Of a DNA stretch of 64,000 nucleotides, positions 1 to 12,267 are shown piece by piece (position 1 is the stretch's first letter; each line of letters begins with the position of its first letter). This DNA is from an uncultured beta proteobacterium (GTDB taxonomy: Bacteria > Pseudomonadota > Gammaproteobacteria > Burkholderiales > Burkholderiaceae_C). The position numbers were made by a program, and so were the translations under genes. Location of the stretch: assembly GCA_963698635.1 (NCBI GenBank), contig CAVORS010000006.1, positions 720,280 through 784,279 of the forward strand, given 5' to 3'. The notes under the pieces were generated by a model that saw only the letters and a list, made by a program, of their open reading frames with translations, did no database searches and was not told where the DNA came from.

Positions 1-568
1 CTCGACCGTGTCTATCCCAAACGTCACCACGATCTCGCCCACCGCATCGCCGGCCAAGGCGGCGCCATCGTGAGCGAATACCCGCTCGGCACACCACCGC
101 TGCCTGCCAATTTCCCGCAACGCAACCGCATCATTGCAGGCCTGTGCCAAGGCACCCTGGTGGTCGAAGCCGCCGTGGCCTCTGGGCTCCCTGATCACCG
201 CACGTCTCGCCACCGAGATGGGTCGCGAGGTCTTTGCGATCCCAGGCTCCATACATGCCCCCCAGGCCCGCGGCTGTCACGCCCTCATTCGGCAGGGCGC
301 CAAACTGGTGGAGTCGGCCCAGGACGTGCTCGAGGACTTGCCAATCAGCCCAGCCATTGAAGCGTCGCTCGACAAGGATGTCAGCGAGCCCACCGATCCT
401 GACGGCTTGTTGAAAGCCATGGGCCTCGACCCCGTGAGCCTCGACGCATTGCAGGCCCGGACAGGCCTGGACACCGCCACGCTACAGGCCAAGCTGTTTG
501 AACTGGAAATGCACGGCGACGTGGGCCGACTGCCCGGCGGCCTGTTGCAGCGCATCGCTCAAGGTTGA
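1..568 (+). CDS. dprA: DNA-processing protein DprA (5' end outside window; apparent frameshift near 185)
   Basis: [24 protein letters not shown]...VVEAA, then GSLITARLA...[12 protein letters not shown]...[14 protein letters not shown] and a C-terminal winged helix. Confidence 0.95.
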
Positions 569-601
569 TTCGAACCTCGGATCGAGGCGAGATGTCACGA
601 T

Positions 602-683
602 CCCAGAACGCCGCAGGTCCGGACCGCCAGCGTTGCCCCTTGAGAGGGTGACGGGTCGCGAAGCGGGTCCGGCGCAGGGGTGG
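602..683. repeat. REP-like GC-rich palindromic intergenic repeat, copy 1
   Basis: CCCAG..CGCCGC.G...CCGCCAGCG..GCCCC.TGAG.GGGTGACG...GGCGC.GGGGTGG, colinear with 6411-6497. Confidence 0.7.
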
Positions 684-684
684 G

Positions 685-3202
685 TCAGTTCAACAAGCGC
701 TCAGGGTTGGCGTCCAGCTTGGCCAGCGCGTCGCGGGTGGCGCGCACGGTCAGCGCTTCGTCTTCGCTCGGAACCAGCAATCCGGCCTGCAAATAGGCAG
801 CCACACGGGTGGCCTGGATCAGGAAGCAGCGCCCACCATTGGTCACAAACAGGTACAGCTGCCCGCGTTCACTGCGCCAGGCCAACTGAACGCTGTTGAA
901 CTTGCCGTTGTGGTCCAGGCCGAACCACGAGCCGATCTGGAGCTCGGTCGCCCACGCGCGCATCGCCTCGTTGGGTTTGCTGCCGCCCTGTTTGATCACT
1001 TCGATGTTGCTGGCGTCCACGCCCGTGATCATCTCGATGCTGTCGTTGTCCAGATCCAGGTCGCCCACGCCACCTTCGGGCAGGTAGTCTTCCAGATGCG
1101 CCAGGCGCTCGGACAACTTGTCGAGGCTTTCCTGGGGAATGGCCTCGGTGCGCGACATGAAAGCATCGGCCAAGGTATCGCTGACCGACTTGATGTGCTG
1201 GTCTTGCAAGCCCGCGGTGTAACCCAGCAGACCCATGCCCTGGCGCAGGCGCTGCAGCAGGCTGGGCAGTTGCTGAATCACACGGGCGCGGTCGTTGCGG
1301 TGTGGCTTGGCGCTGGCGGCCCAAAGCAATTCCGACGCCACTTTTTTCAGGGAGGCAGTCTCTTCGTGCTTGATGCCGTATTTGACGCTGGCGACCGCCA
1401 GCACCTCGACCCAGACCTTGAACAGGAATTCACGAATCTCGTCGCGCACCGGCACGTCGTCGAGCAACTTGCGCAGCTCGATTGTGTACTGCACCGACCA
1501 GGTTTCTTTCTGCTCAACCTGCTGTGCGACCGATACAAAGCGCTTGGTGTTGCTCTGTTCGCTGAGGTAGGTGGAGAGGAATTTCTGGAACTCGTCGTAC
1601 ACCAGCTGGAACACGCGCCGCCCCGTCTCGGGGTACTGCTCGATGACCTGCACCACCCGCTTGATTTCGGTCTCCAGCGCAGCCGCGCCCACGCCCGACT
1701 CGAAGCCCATCACGCAAGAGCCCATGCGGTCGATCAGTTTGCGGGCCGGGTGCTGCAGCGCGCTGAAAAACTCCGGCTCGGCGAGCGCCACCCGCAACAC
1801 CGGAATCTGCAGGCGTGCGAACCAGACCCGCACCGAAGCCGGAATGCGCTCTTCGGCCAGAATGCTCTGAAACATCAAGGCCACCACTTCAATGGTGGCC
1901 TTCTCGGTCGAAGTGCTGGCCGCCTGCTTGAGCTCCGTGCTGCGCTGGCGGATGGCCGTGGCCGTGCGCTCCACATGGGAGGCATCCATGGCCACGGCGC
2001 CGCTCGAGCCAGTGGCACCACCTTGCAAGGCTGCCGCTTCAGAGCGCGCCACGGGCACCATGCGCTGAATGGCCTGCTGCAGCTTGGGGAGAAGGCTCCA
2101 TCAACTGGGTCGCTTCAAAATCGCCACCGATGCGCTCTGATCAGCAAACGCTTGAGCCGGCCCACCACACCCTGCGCGCGCATGCGCGCCCGGGCCAGCG
2201 GCGAGGAACCGGTGAGCAAACGGGTCTCGTCGTTCACGCCCATCGACGGAAGACGCGGCGCCACCGGGTGGCGTGCCCAAGCCGGTGCTGCACGCCACCG
2301 CTGCCCGAGCCCTGTTGCGCACCACCGGAGCTTTGTGAACGGCCAGCCGGCCCCACCTGCCAAACCACCGACCATAGCCACCGCCTTGGCCGCCGCTGGC
2401 CACCGCCGCCGGAACCGGCTTCGAAACCACCTGAGCCCGTTCCACCATCGAAACCACCAGAGCCTGTTCCACCGCCGCCGTCGGCATTGCCGTCTTTGGC
2501 ACCATCTTTCTTGCCGGAACCGGGTGGTCCACCCGATGACCGGCTGCCGGGGGCTCTCTTGACCAGTGACTGAAGGTCGATCTCCTTCATCACGCCGCTG
2601 GACACGAGGAATTCGTTGGCGGCCTTGTAAGCCCCCAGCATTTTTTCGGCCAGCACGGGGCGCCAGGGCGTCTTGCACCAGTTGCCAGCCTTCGCGCCCC
2701 ATCTGCACATCGAGCCACTGGTCGATCAGGATGCGCGAGACCACATCGGGCAGCAGCACGTCGCCACGGGGCAGTTCCTGGCGCTTTTCGAGATGCTGAA
2801 TGCGCAAGCGCAACTCGTTGAGTTCGGAGGACGATTTTTCAAGCACCCGCATGGCCAGGCGCGAAGCCAGATATCTGATCGTCGATCACACCCTCGGCGA
2901 TCAACTCCAGCCGACCGGGCAAGGTCAGGGCATTGCCGCCAGAATTGTTGAAACGCGGCAACAGGGTGCGCTGCAGGGCTTTGCGCGACTGGTTGAGCCA
3001 GGTCGTCTGGCTCTTCTGAAAAGCCATCCAGGCGTCGCGCCGGTCCTGCATTTCGCGCGGCGGGACCGGCCTGATCCAGGACCGACACCAGGTGGTTTTC
3101 ACAGACCTTGACCAGATCAGGAAGCGCACGCCCCACGTGAACCACAAAGAGTTCACGCGCCTGTTTGGCCAGAGAGGAAACGTGCTGATCGGGTGAAGTC
3201 AC
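685..3202 (-). CDS. DUF1631 family protein (several apparent frameshifts)
   Basis: ORF pieces 2726-3202, 2839-3156, 2115-2852, 2234-2710, 685-2061; motifs IEVVALMFQSIL, ARLQIPVLRVAL, HPARKLIDR. Confidence 0.85.
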
Positions 3203-3418
3203 AATAAAGTCAGTATGACACGAATGGTCTCGTTTTTCGGGCTGCGACAGCGACGGACCAACGGTGAGAATCGCCGTTGTTCGGACAGGCCGACCGCATT
3301 GTCAACAACACAGAAACCGATTCGTCTTCAGCTTCCTGCAAGGTTTTCCAGATTCAACCGAAGGGATGCTGTGAATTTATGCAACCCGTTCATGGCACAA
3401 ATTCACGATGCCCGGAGT

Positions 3419-4378
3419 TCAGACCACCGCGCCGCTGTTGGGGTCGTTCGGGGTCTTCCACGACCAGTTTTGGGTCCTGACTTGATCAGGTCTTCGCGCT
3501 TGATGCCCAGCCACATGGCAATGGCCGCGGCCACGAAAACCGACGAGTAGATGCCAAACAGAATGCCGATGGTCAGCGCCAGCGCAAAATAGTGCAGGGT
3601 CGGGCCGCCAAACAGCAACATCGACAGCACCATGATCTGGGTCGAACCGTGGGTGATGATGGTACGGCTGATGGTGGAGGTGATGGCGTTGTCAATGATC
3701 TGCGGCGTGGTCTTCTTGCGGTGGCGGCGAAAACTCTCGCGGATCCGGTCAAAAATCACCACCGATTCGTTGACCGAGTAGCCCAGCACCGCCAGCACCG
3801 CGGCCAGCACCGCCAGCGAAAACTCCCACTGGAAGAAGGCGAAGAAGCCCAGAATGATGATCACATCGTGCAGGTTGGCGATGATGGCCGAGACCGCGTA
3901 CTTCCACTCGAAGCGGATCGCCAGATAGATCATGATGCCGACGATCACCAGGGCCAGCGCCTTCAGGCCGTCTTCCACCAGCTCCTGCCCCACCTGCGGG
4001 CCCACAAACTCGGAGCGGCGCAACTCGACCGCCGGGTTCTGGGCCTTGAGCGCGGCCAGCACCGTCTCGCTCTGCTGCCCCGAACTCTTGCCCTCCTGCA
4101 CCGGCAAGCGCAGCAGCACGTCGCGCGAAGTACCGAAGTTTTGCACCGGCACGTCGGCATAGCCCAGCGACTCCACCACCTGGCGCACCGCGCCCAGGTC
4201 GGCGGGCTGCTCGTAGGCCACCTCCATGACGGTGCCGCCGGTGAACTCCACCGACAGGTTGAGGCCACGCAACACCAGAAAGACCACGGCGGCGACGAAA
4301 GTGATGGCAGAGATCGCGTTCAGCACCAGGGCGTGCTTCATGAACGGGATGTCGCGTTGAATGCGGAAAGAATTCCAT
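3419..4378 (-). CDS. secF: Protein translocase subunit SecF
   Basis: MEFF/RIQRDIPFM..., GLNLSVEFTGGT, VGPQVG.EL, LGYSVNESVVIFDRIRE. Confidence 0.95.
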
Positions 4379-4409
4379 TGTGTGTGCTCCTGCGGGTTCA
4401 ACAGCTGCG

Positions 4410-6304
4410 TTATTCGCCTTTGACAGCCGGCACGTTGGCGCTGCCGCCCGCACGCCAGACCGTGCCGATGGACACGGTCTTGAGCTTCTTCTTGCGGCCG
4501 TACCAGAAGTTCACCAGACCGCGCGAGAAGAACACGCTGGAGAACATGCTGGTCAGGATGCCGATGCAATGCACCACGGCGAAGCCGCGCACCGGGCCGG
4601 AACCAAAGATCAGCAGGGCCACGCCCGCGATCAGGGTGGTGATGTTGGAGTCGAGAATCGTGCCCCAGGCGTGGTCGTAGCCGGCGTTGATGGCCGACTG
4701 CGGCGACGCGCCGTTGCGCAATTCTTCGCGCACCCGCTCGTTGATCAGCACGTTGGAGTCGATCGCCATGCCCAGCGCCAGCGCCATGGCGGCGATACCG
4801 GGCAGGGTCAGCGTGGCCTGCAGCATCGACAGCACCGCCACCAGCAGCAACAGGTTCAGGCCCAGCGACAGGCTGGAGAACACGCCAAACAGCATGTAGT
4901 AAGCGCACATGAAGGCCACGATCACCGCAAAGCCCCACATCACGCTGTTGAAGCCCTTGGCGATGTTCTCGGCGCCCAGGCTGGGGCCGATGGTGCGCTC
5001 TTCGATGATTTCCATGGGCGCGGCCAGCGAACCGGCGCGCAGCAGCAGCGCCAGATCGTTGGCTTCGTTGATGCCCATGTTGCCCGAGATCTGGAAGCGG
5101 TTGCCCAGCTCGCCACGGATCGTGGCCACCGAAATCGCTTCGCCCTTGCCCTTTTCGAACAGGATGATGGCCATGCCCTTGTTGATGTTCTCGCGGCTCA
5201 CGTCGCGCATGATGCGCCCGCCCGCGGCGTCCATCACCAGGGTCACGCTGGGCTGCTGGTCGCGGGAGTCGAAGCCGGCCTGTGCGTCGGTGAGGTTTTC
5301 ACCGGTGGTGAGCACTTGCTTTTTCACAATGGCCAGGCTGGCCGATCGCGCTGGGGGAAACTGTCGGAACCAAACGGCACCGGGCCCGAGCCATCGCGCG
5401 GCGGCACGGCCTTCGGTGCTTTCGTCCACCAGGCGCATTTCCAGCGTGGCGGTGCGGCCCAGGATGTCTTTGGCCTTGGCCGTGTCTTGCACGCCGGGCA
5501 GCTGCACCACGATGCGGTCCAGCGCCCTGCTGCTGGATCACCGGCTCGGACACGCCCAGCTCGTTGATCCGGTTGTGCAGGGTGGTCATGTTCTGCTTCA
5601 GCGCCTGGCTCTTGAACGGCCAGGGCCGCTGCCGGCTTCAGGTGAGCACCAGGCGCAGGTCACCGTCGGTCGGGGCATCCGACCACGGCCAGATCGGGGA
5701 ACTGGTCCAGCACCACGTCGCGCGCGGCTTCCAGCGTTTCGCGCGTCGCGGCGCGCGCACCTCGATGGCGATGCCGTTGCGGGTGATGCCGCCGTGGCGC
5801 ACGTTTTTTTCGCGCAGGGCCGAGCGCAGGTCGGCGCCCAGCACGTCCATGCGGCGCTGCAGGGCTGCGGGCATGTCCACCTGCAGCATGAAGTGCACAC
5901 CACCGCGCAAGTCCAGGCCCAGGTACATGGGCGAAGCGCCCAGGGACTGCAGCCAGGCGGGGGTGCGCGACAACAGGCTCAGCGCCACGATGTGGGTCGG
6001 GCTGGCCGGATCGGGGTTGAGCGCGCGCTCGATCGCGTCGCGCGCCTTGATCTGGTCGTCGGTGGTCTCGAACCGGGCCCGAACCGAGGTGCCCTCGAAC
6101 TGGATCAGCGAGGCCTTCACGTTGGCCGCAGCCAGCGCCTGCTCGACCTGGGTCACCGTGCCGCTGTCCACCTGCACCGTGGTGCGGCCCGCCGACACCT
6201 GCACCGCCGGCGATCTCGCCAAACAGGTTGGGCAAGGCGTAAACCGCCCCGATCAACAAGGCGACCACGATGATCACGTATTTCCACAGGGGGTATCGGT
6301 TCAT
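4410..6304 (-). CDS. secD: Protein translocase subunit SecD (frameshifted)
   Basis: MNRYPLWKY, LGLDLRGGVHF, RINELGVSEPVIQQQG, IGPSLG, GMAIDSNVLINERVREE. Confidence 0.95.
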
Positions 6305-6410
6305 AAATCAGACGCTTTCAGCGCAAGAGCCACAGACAAGACTCAGAGCGCGGCGAACCAGTTCGGTTCAATCGAGACGGTCAGCGCAGACGAACGAGCA
6401 AGGCATTCAA

Positions 6411-6497
6411 CCCAGGGCGCCGCGGAACCGGCTCCGCCGGGCCGCCAGCGCCGCCCCCTTGAGGGGGTGACGCGCCGCAGGCGCGGCGCGGGGGTGG
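6411..6497. repeat. REP-like GC-rich palindromic intergenic repeat, copy 2
   Basis: Colinear with 602-683; contains hairpins CCCCC-TTGA-GGGGG and CGCGCC-GCA-GGCGCG. Confidence 0.7.
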
Positions 6498-6499
6498 TC

Positions 6500-6820
6500 T
6501 TACTTGATCGTGCCTTTGGGCAACACCTGCGTCACGGCCGAGCGCTGCATCTGCACTTCCACGCCGGAAGCCAGCTCCACGCCCACATAGGCTTCGCCAA
6601 TTTTGGAGATCTTGCCGAGGAAACCACCGGCGGTCACCACTTCGTCGCCTTTGGCCAGGGCTTCCACCATGGCTTTGTGCTCTTTCTGGCGCTTCATCTG
6701 GGGGCGGATCATCACGAAATACAGCACCACAAACATCAACACCAGCGGCAGCAGGCCCATGATGGTGGACTGGGTATCGCCACCGGCGGCGGCCTGGGCG
6801 TAAGCAGAGGAAATGAACAC
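6500..6820 (-). CDS. yajC: Preprotein translocase subunit YajC
   Basis: FVVLYFVMIRPQMKRQKEH...KGDEVVTAGG; directly upstream of secD. Confidence 0.97.
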   Translation of the reverse strand: MFISSAYAQAAAGGDTQSTIMGLLPLVLMFVVLYFVMIRPQMKRQKEHKAMVEALAKGDEVVTAGGFLGKISKIGEAYVGVELASGVEVQMQRSAVTQVLPKGTIK

Positions 6821-6918
6821 GGAAATTCTCCAACGGGATCGGTTGATTCAGGAAGGTCCCGCGATCAGCGGCCTGCAGACAGGCCGTCCGGCGCGCGCGG
6901 GACACAACCGGTCATTGT

Positions 6919-8907
6919 ATGCCGCCCCCTCGGTGCGCGCCGAAGCCGGCAAGCACTCGAATGCGCACCTCCAAGCCCGCCATGCACAGGCCATCGAAGC
7001 CGTCAGACACGCCGCAGGCCCGAAGCGGTCAAGGCCGATCAGGTACAGGGAGAAGCCTCGGGGGCGCCTGAGTGCCCTGCCACCGGCGAACTCGTTCAAC
7101 GCTCGAAACGTGATCGACTATCTTTCAAGCAACCCCTTGCTCGAGTGCCGTTTCTGGCCGCCTGGTCGGCGTGGTGGTGGGCGCGGCCTTGGCCGTCACG
7201 TTCAACATCCGGAAGTACCGGGGCTCCTCACAATCGTTCGAACTGACCCGGCGCCTGCAGGACGCCGAGACCCGGTACGAACAGGAGCTGGCCTCCAAAG
7301 AAGCCAACCACGCCTTTTTCGCCAACATGAGCCACGAGCTGCGCACCCCGTTTCAGGGTTTGCTCGGGCATGCTGGATCTGGTGGGTGAGTCACCGCTCG
7401 AACGACGGCACAGCGCGAATACCTCGCCACCGCACAGCGCTCGGCACAACACCTGCTGGGCGTGCTCAACGACATCCTGGACGTCAGCGCCATGGACTCC
7501 GGCATGTTCAGCCTCTCACTGTCGCCCATGTCGCTGCGCCAGGTGCTGGACGATGCCGAAGCCCTCATGGGGACGCGAGGCCGCAGACAAGGGCGTGGAG
7601 CTCAGCGTGAGCTGCGACCGCCGACGTGCCCAACTGGGTGGCGGGCGACGAGACCGCGGGTGCGCCAGATCCTGTTCAACCTGTTGAGCAATGCGCTGAA
7701 GTTCACCCGCGAAGGGCGCATCACGATCCGCATCCGCCGCTCCACGTCGCGGGAAAACGGCATCGTGATGTCGGTCCAGGACACCGGCCCGGGCATGGAC
7801 GAACGCACGCTCCAGCAGCTGTTCACCCGCTTCTTTCAGGCCGACAGCTCTCGGCAGCGGCGGGTGGGCGGCACCGGCCTGGGACTGGAGATATCGCGCA
7901 ATCTGGCACGCATGATGGACGGCGACATCCACGCCGCCAGCCAGCCAGGCGTGGGCACCACCTTCACCGTGCTGATGCTGCTGCCCGCTTGCGAACCGAG
8001 GCCACAGACCGCTGTTCAGCGAGCTCATGCCGCTGGAAGACAGCTGAGACCCGAAGCCAGCCCAGGCGCCCAACTGCACTTTCTGGTGGCGGAAGACCAC
8101 CCCATCAACGTGCAGTACCTGACCCACCTGCTGCACAGCATGGGGCATCTCGCCACCGTGTGTGACAACGGCAAAGAAGCGCTGGCATTGGCGCAGCAAC
8201 ACGATTTCGATGCCGCGCTGCTGGACTACCACATGCCCGACATGGACGGCCTGGCCGTCACCCGGGCCATCCGCTCCGGCCCGACGGCGTTCTCGCCCAG
8301 CTCAAGATCCTGCTGATCACGGCCGATGTGGTCACCGACACCCGACAGCTGGCCAGCGAAGCGGGCGTCGATGCGTTTCGTGAGCAAACCCCTGAAGAAG
8401 CGCGACCTGCAACGGGCCCTGGTGGCCTGCGGCCTCTACACACCCCAGCAGCCACAGGCCGGCGCGGCGAAGCCCAGCCCCAGTTCAGGATGAGCGACTA
8501 CGAGCTGCCCATGTACGTGGACGTGCCCGCCTCGGACACCTCCGCGACCGATGCCGCCCTGGTCGACTGGTCCACCCTGCAGGAGCTCATCGAGGTGATG
8601 ACCCACGAAGGGCTGGAGCGCCAGCTGCAGGCCGTCTACCGCCCCAGACCGGTGCGCTGGCCGAATGCACCACACGCAGTGACGAGCAGGGAGCTCGCCA
8701 GCTCAGATCAAGGCCGTGCACAAGCTCAAAGGCACCCTGCTCCTGCTGGGTCTGGAGGCGCTGGCCAGCTACTGCGCCGCGGCGTGAGGTGCGCCTCAAG
8801 GCCAAGCCGCCCCATGCGCTGGACGCGCGCTGGATCGAGGGCCTTGACAGCCATCGCCGACAAGACGCGGGAAGCGACTCGTCGCCCATTTCCGGATCGT
8901 GATCTGA
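6919..8907 (+). CDS. Hybrid sensor histidine kinase (TM-HisKA-HATPase-REC-HPt); frameshifted, start uncertain
   Basis: FFANMSHELRTP; ILFNLLSNALKFT; DTGPGM; GGTGLGL; VAEDHPIN...LDYHMPDMDG; HPt-like VHKLKGTLLLLGL near 8716-8755. Confidence 0.85.
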
Positions 8908-8973
8908 GACCCGCACACCACCTGCACCGACGCCATCGACAGCCTCTACCCCCTCCATCTACCGAGCCACACC

Positions 8974-9657
8974 ATGCACATTCTTCTGGTAGACGACAAC
9001 GACCAGCAACGCGAGATGATCGGCCTGTGGCTGACCAGCGGCGGCCACACCTTCGACGCCAGCGCCACGCAAACGGCTTTTCTGGAGCGCCTCACCCAGA
9101 CCCGCGGCGACCTGCTGCTGATCGACTGGTCCTTGCCCGATGGCAGCGGTGCCGAGATCCTGCAATGGGTGCGCAGCAACATGGGCTGGGACACGCCCGC
9201 CATGGTGCTGACCGCCAACGAAGAAGAAGAGACCGTGGTGGAGGCGCTGCGCGCGGGCGCCGACGATTACGTGTCCAAGAAGGTCAAACCCAAGGAGCTG
9301 CTGGCCCGCATCGCGGCGGTGACGCGGCGGGTCACGCCGGTGGCGCTCACCGTGACCCGGCTCGACGTGTACGAGGCCGACACCGTGCAGCAACGCCTGA
9401 GCGTGAACCAGGAAGCGGTGCCGCTGACGCAGAAAGAATTCGACCTCGCCATCTACCTGCTGCAAAACCCCGACAAGCTGCTCTCGCGCGACCACCTGCT
9501 CAACAGCGTCTGGGGCCTCAACACCGAGGTCGACACCCGCACCGTGGACACCCATGTGAGCCGGCTGCGCAAGAAGCTCATGCTGGACGGGACACACGGC
9601 TGGCGCCTGGCGCCCATTTACGGCTACGGCTACCGCCTGCAGCGGGCCGACGCCTGA
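8974..9657 (+). CDS. OmpR/PhoB-family response regulator
   Basis: ILLVDD, DWSLPDGSG, GADDYVSK, LTQKEFDL, TRTVDTHVSRLRKKL, YGYGYRL. Confidence 0.95.
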   Translation: MHILLVDDNDQQREMIGLWLTSGGHTFDASATQTAFLERLTQTRGDLLLIDWSLPDGSGAEILQWVRSNMGWDTPAMVLTANEEEETVVEALRAGADDYVSKKVKPKELLARIAAVTRRVTPVALTVTRLDVYEADTVQQRLSVNQEAVPLTQKEFDLAIYLLQNPDKLLSRDHLLNSVWGLNTEVDTRTVDTHVSRLRKKLMLDGTHGWRLAPIYGYGYRLQRADA

Positions 9658-11100
9658 AGCGCGTCCAGCGCGGGCGAGCGCAGCCACAGCCAGCCGCCGT
9701 AAAGCAGCGACCGCCGGCACCCAGACCAGCCAGCCGAAAGCCTCGGGCGCACCGGCCCACGGGCCGCCAGGCAGCGCCCAAGGCTTGCCACAGCGCCGCC
9801 GCCAGGCCCAGCGGCCACCACCGGCCACCACCACCGGACGGCGCCGCCAGCCCGCCAAACGTCACGGCCACCGAGCCCCAGCTCGCGGCAGGCCAGCACC
9901 GCCCCCCAGGGCCCGATCAGGGCCACGCGCAACAGATAGGCCCAGGCCACCGCCAGCACACCCCAGCGCACCGCCACCATCACCAGGCAGCCGTTGAGCG
10001 CCAGGCTGGCCAGCCCCAGTTGCCAGGAGCGCTGGGGCTGGCCCACGGCGCGAAACACCGCGTGGTTGAAGTGCAGAAAGGCCTGCAGCAGGCCCGCCAG
10101 CAACAAGACCTGCAGCGGCGCCATCGCAGCGCTCCACTGCGGCCGATCAGCGCGGGCAACACCACCGGCGACAGCCAGGCCGCCGACAGAAACACCGGCA
10201 AAGCCAGGGTGATGGCGGTGCGGGTGGCGCCGAGATAGGCCTGGCCCAGCGCCTCGCGCTGGCTCGCCAGCCGCGAAAAGGCCGACAGGGCCACCGCGTC
10301 GATGCCCTGGCAAAACAGCTGCTCCAGCGCCAGCCGCAAGCGACCGGCCACCGCGTAAACGCCCAGGGCCACCGGCCCCAGCGCCAGGCCCACCACCGCA
10401 TCGTCCACCTTGCTCGCCACCACGTTGAGGCAGCGCGTCATCAGCACATGGCGGCCGAAACCCGCCAGCCGCCGGGCGGCGGCGGGCGAGAAGCGCCAGC
10501 GCGGCCGCCAGTCGGTCTGGCGCCAGAGCAAGGCCAGGCCCACGCACCGCGGCCACCAGTTGTTGCGCCGGCCAGGCTCCAGACATCGGCACCCGACAGC
10601 GCCAGCGTCAGACCGGTGACGCCGCCCGCCAGCGTGCCCGCCATGCCGCGCAAGGCCAGCGGGCGAAACCGCAGGGCGCGCTGCATCAGCGCCTGCGGCA
10701 CCGCGTTGAGCGAGACCACGATCACCAGCGGACACAAGGCCCACACCAGCGGCGCCAGATCGGGCTGCTGCGTACAGCTGCGCCAGCGGCAGCGCCATGG
10801 CCGCCAGGCCCAGCGGCGAGCACCGCGCCCACGCCCAGCAACAGCCAGAACGCCGTGTCCACCGCCACACCCGCCAGGCGCTTGCGCTGCACCAGCGCTT
10901 CGGCCAGTCCCAGCTCGGCCAGCATCACGACCACCACCAGCACCGTGCTCACCAGCGCCATCAGGCCAAAGGCCTGCGGGCTCAGCCAGCGCGCCAGCAT
11001 CAGGAACACCAGCAGGTCCATGCCGTGCTTGGCGCCGCCGTGCAACACGGCCCAGAGCGCACCGCTGCGCGCCTGCGTGGCGAGGTCGGTCGGGTTTCAT
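9630..11100 (-). CDS. Wzx-type polysaccharide flippase (frameshifted)
   Basis: LARWLSPQAFGLMAL...ELGLAEALVQR; RALRFRPLALR; GPVALGVYAVA; PST/MATE-like hydrophobic pattern. Confidence 0.85.
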
Positions 11101-12229
11101 GCGCCCCAGCCCGCGAAATGCATGCGGCGGTCGCTGCGCGCATCGCCGCGCCAGCCGGTCGCGGCCTCCTGGTCCACCGGCCGTCGCGGCTCACGCAGTA
11201 GCTGCCCGAGACGATGCGCTCGCGCGCCATGGCATTGGCGCCGATGTGGGCGTAGTCAAACAGGATGCTGCGCGCCAGCGTGGCGCCTTCGTCCACCCGG
11301 CAACCGTTGCCGATCCAGGTCGGGCCCTGCAGTTTCACGCCCGGCGCCACGCGGCGCACCCGAGCCGATGTAGACCGGCCCGCTCACGTCCAGGCTGTCC
11401 CAGTGCACATCCACATTGAGGCCCACAAACACGCCGGGCTGGATCTCCCGACCCGGCATGCGCACATGGGGCACCTGCCCTTGCATCAGCGATTGCATGA
11501 TGCGCCAGTAGTCGCCCACGCGGCCGATGTCCAGCCACTGGAAATCCTGCGTGTGGCGGAAGAAGGGCAGGCCGCGCTGCACCAGGGCGGGAAACAATTC
11601 GCTGCCGATGTCCATCACCGTGTCGCGCGGAATCAGGTCCAGCACGCCGGGCTCGACCAGGTAGATGCCGGTGCTCGCGTCGCGCGACAGCGCCTCGGCG
11701 GGCCGGGGCTTTTCCTGGAACGACACCACCGAACCATCGGGCCGCGCCACCACCACGCCGTAGTTGCTCACCTCGGTTTCGGCCACCTGTTTGGTGACCA
11801 CCGTGGCCAGCGGCGCCCTGCGCGCTGGTGCTGGTGCCAGGCCTGCTGCAGATCGACGTCAACGATGGCGTCGCCACACACCACCACCGTGGTCTCGTCG
11901 ATGAAGCCGCCGTGGTCCTGGATCTTGCGCAGCGCACCCGCCGAACCCAGCGGCTCGGGCACCAGAACCCCGTCCACCAGACGGCCTTCGTAGGAGTAGC
12001 CGATCTGCACACCCAGGTGGCGGCCATCGCCAAAGTAGCGCTCGATCTGGTCGGCCATGTGGCTCACGTTGACCATGATCTCCTGCACGCCCTGGGCCAC
12101 CAGGTGTTCGATGATGTAGGCCATGACCGGCCGGCCCAGCAAGGGGATCATGGGCTTGGGCATGTCGGTGGTGAGGGGCTTGAGGCGGGTGCCGCGACCG
12201 GCGGCAAGAATGATGGCTTTGCGGATCAT
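11097..12229 (-). CDS. NDP-sugar synthase / sugar-phosphate nucleotidyltransferase with LbH tail (frameshifted)
   Basis: KAIILAAGRGTRLKPLT..PKPMIP, GSAGAL, FQEKP, STGIY, WLDIG, hexapeptide repeats. Confidence 0.9.
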
Positions 12230-12267
12230 GGGGATCTCCTGTGTTCGAAAAAATGGGGAGGGCTCAC

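Noticed and set aside
2395-2480. Short imperfect tandem repeats (GAAACCACC.GAGCC.GTTCCACC)
   Set aside because: They encode a Gly-rich linker (GGTGSGGF) inside the DUF1631 protein; not a CRISPR array or independent repeat.
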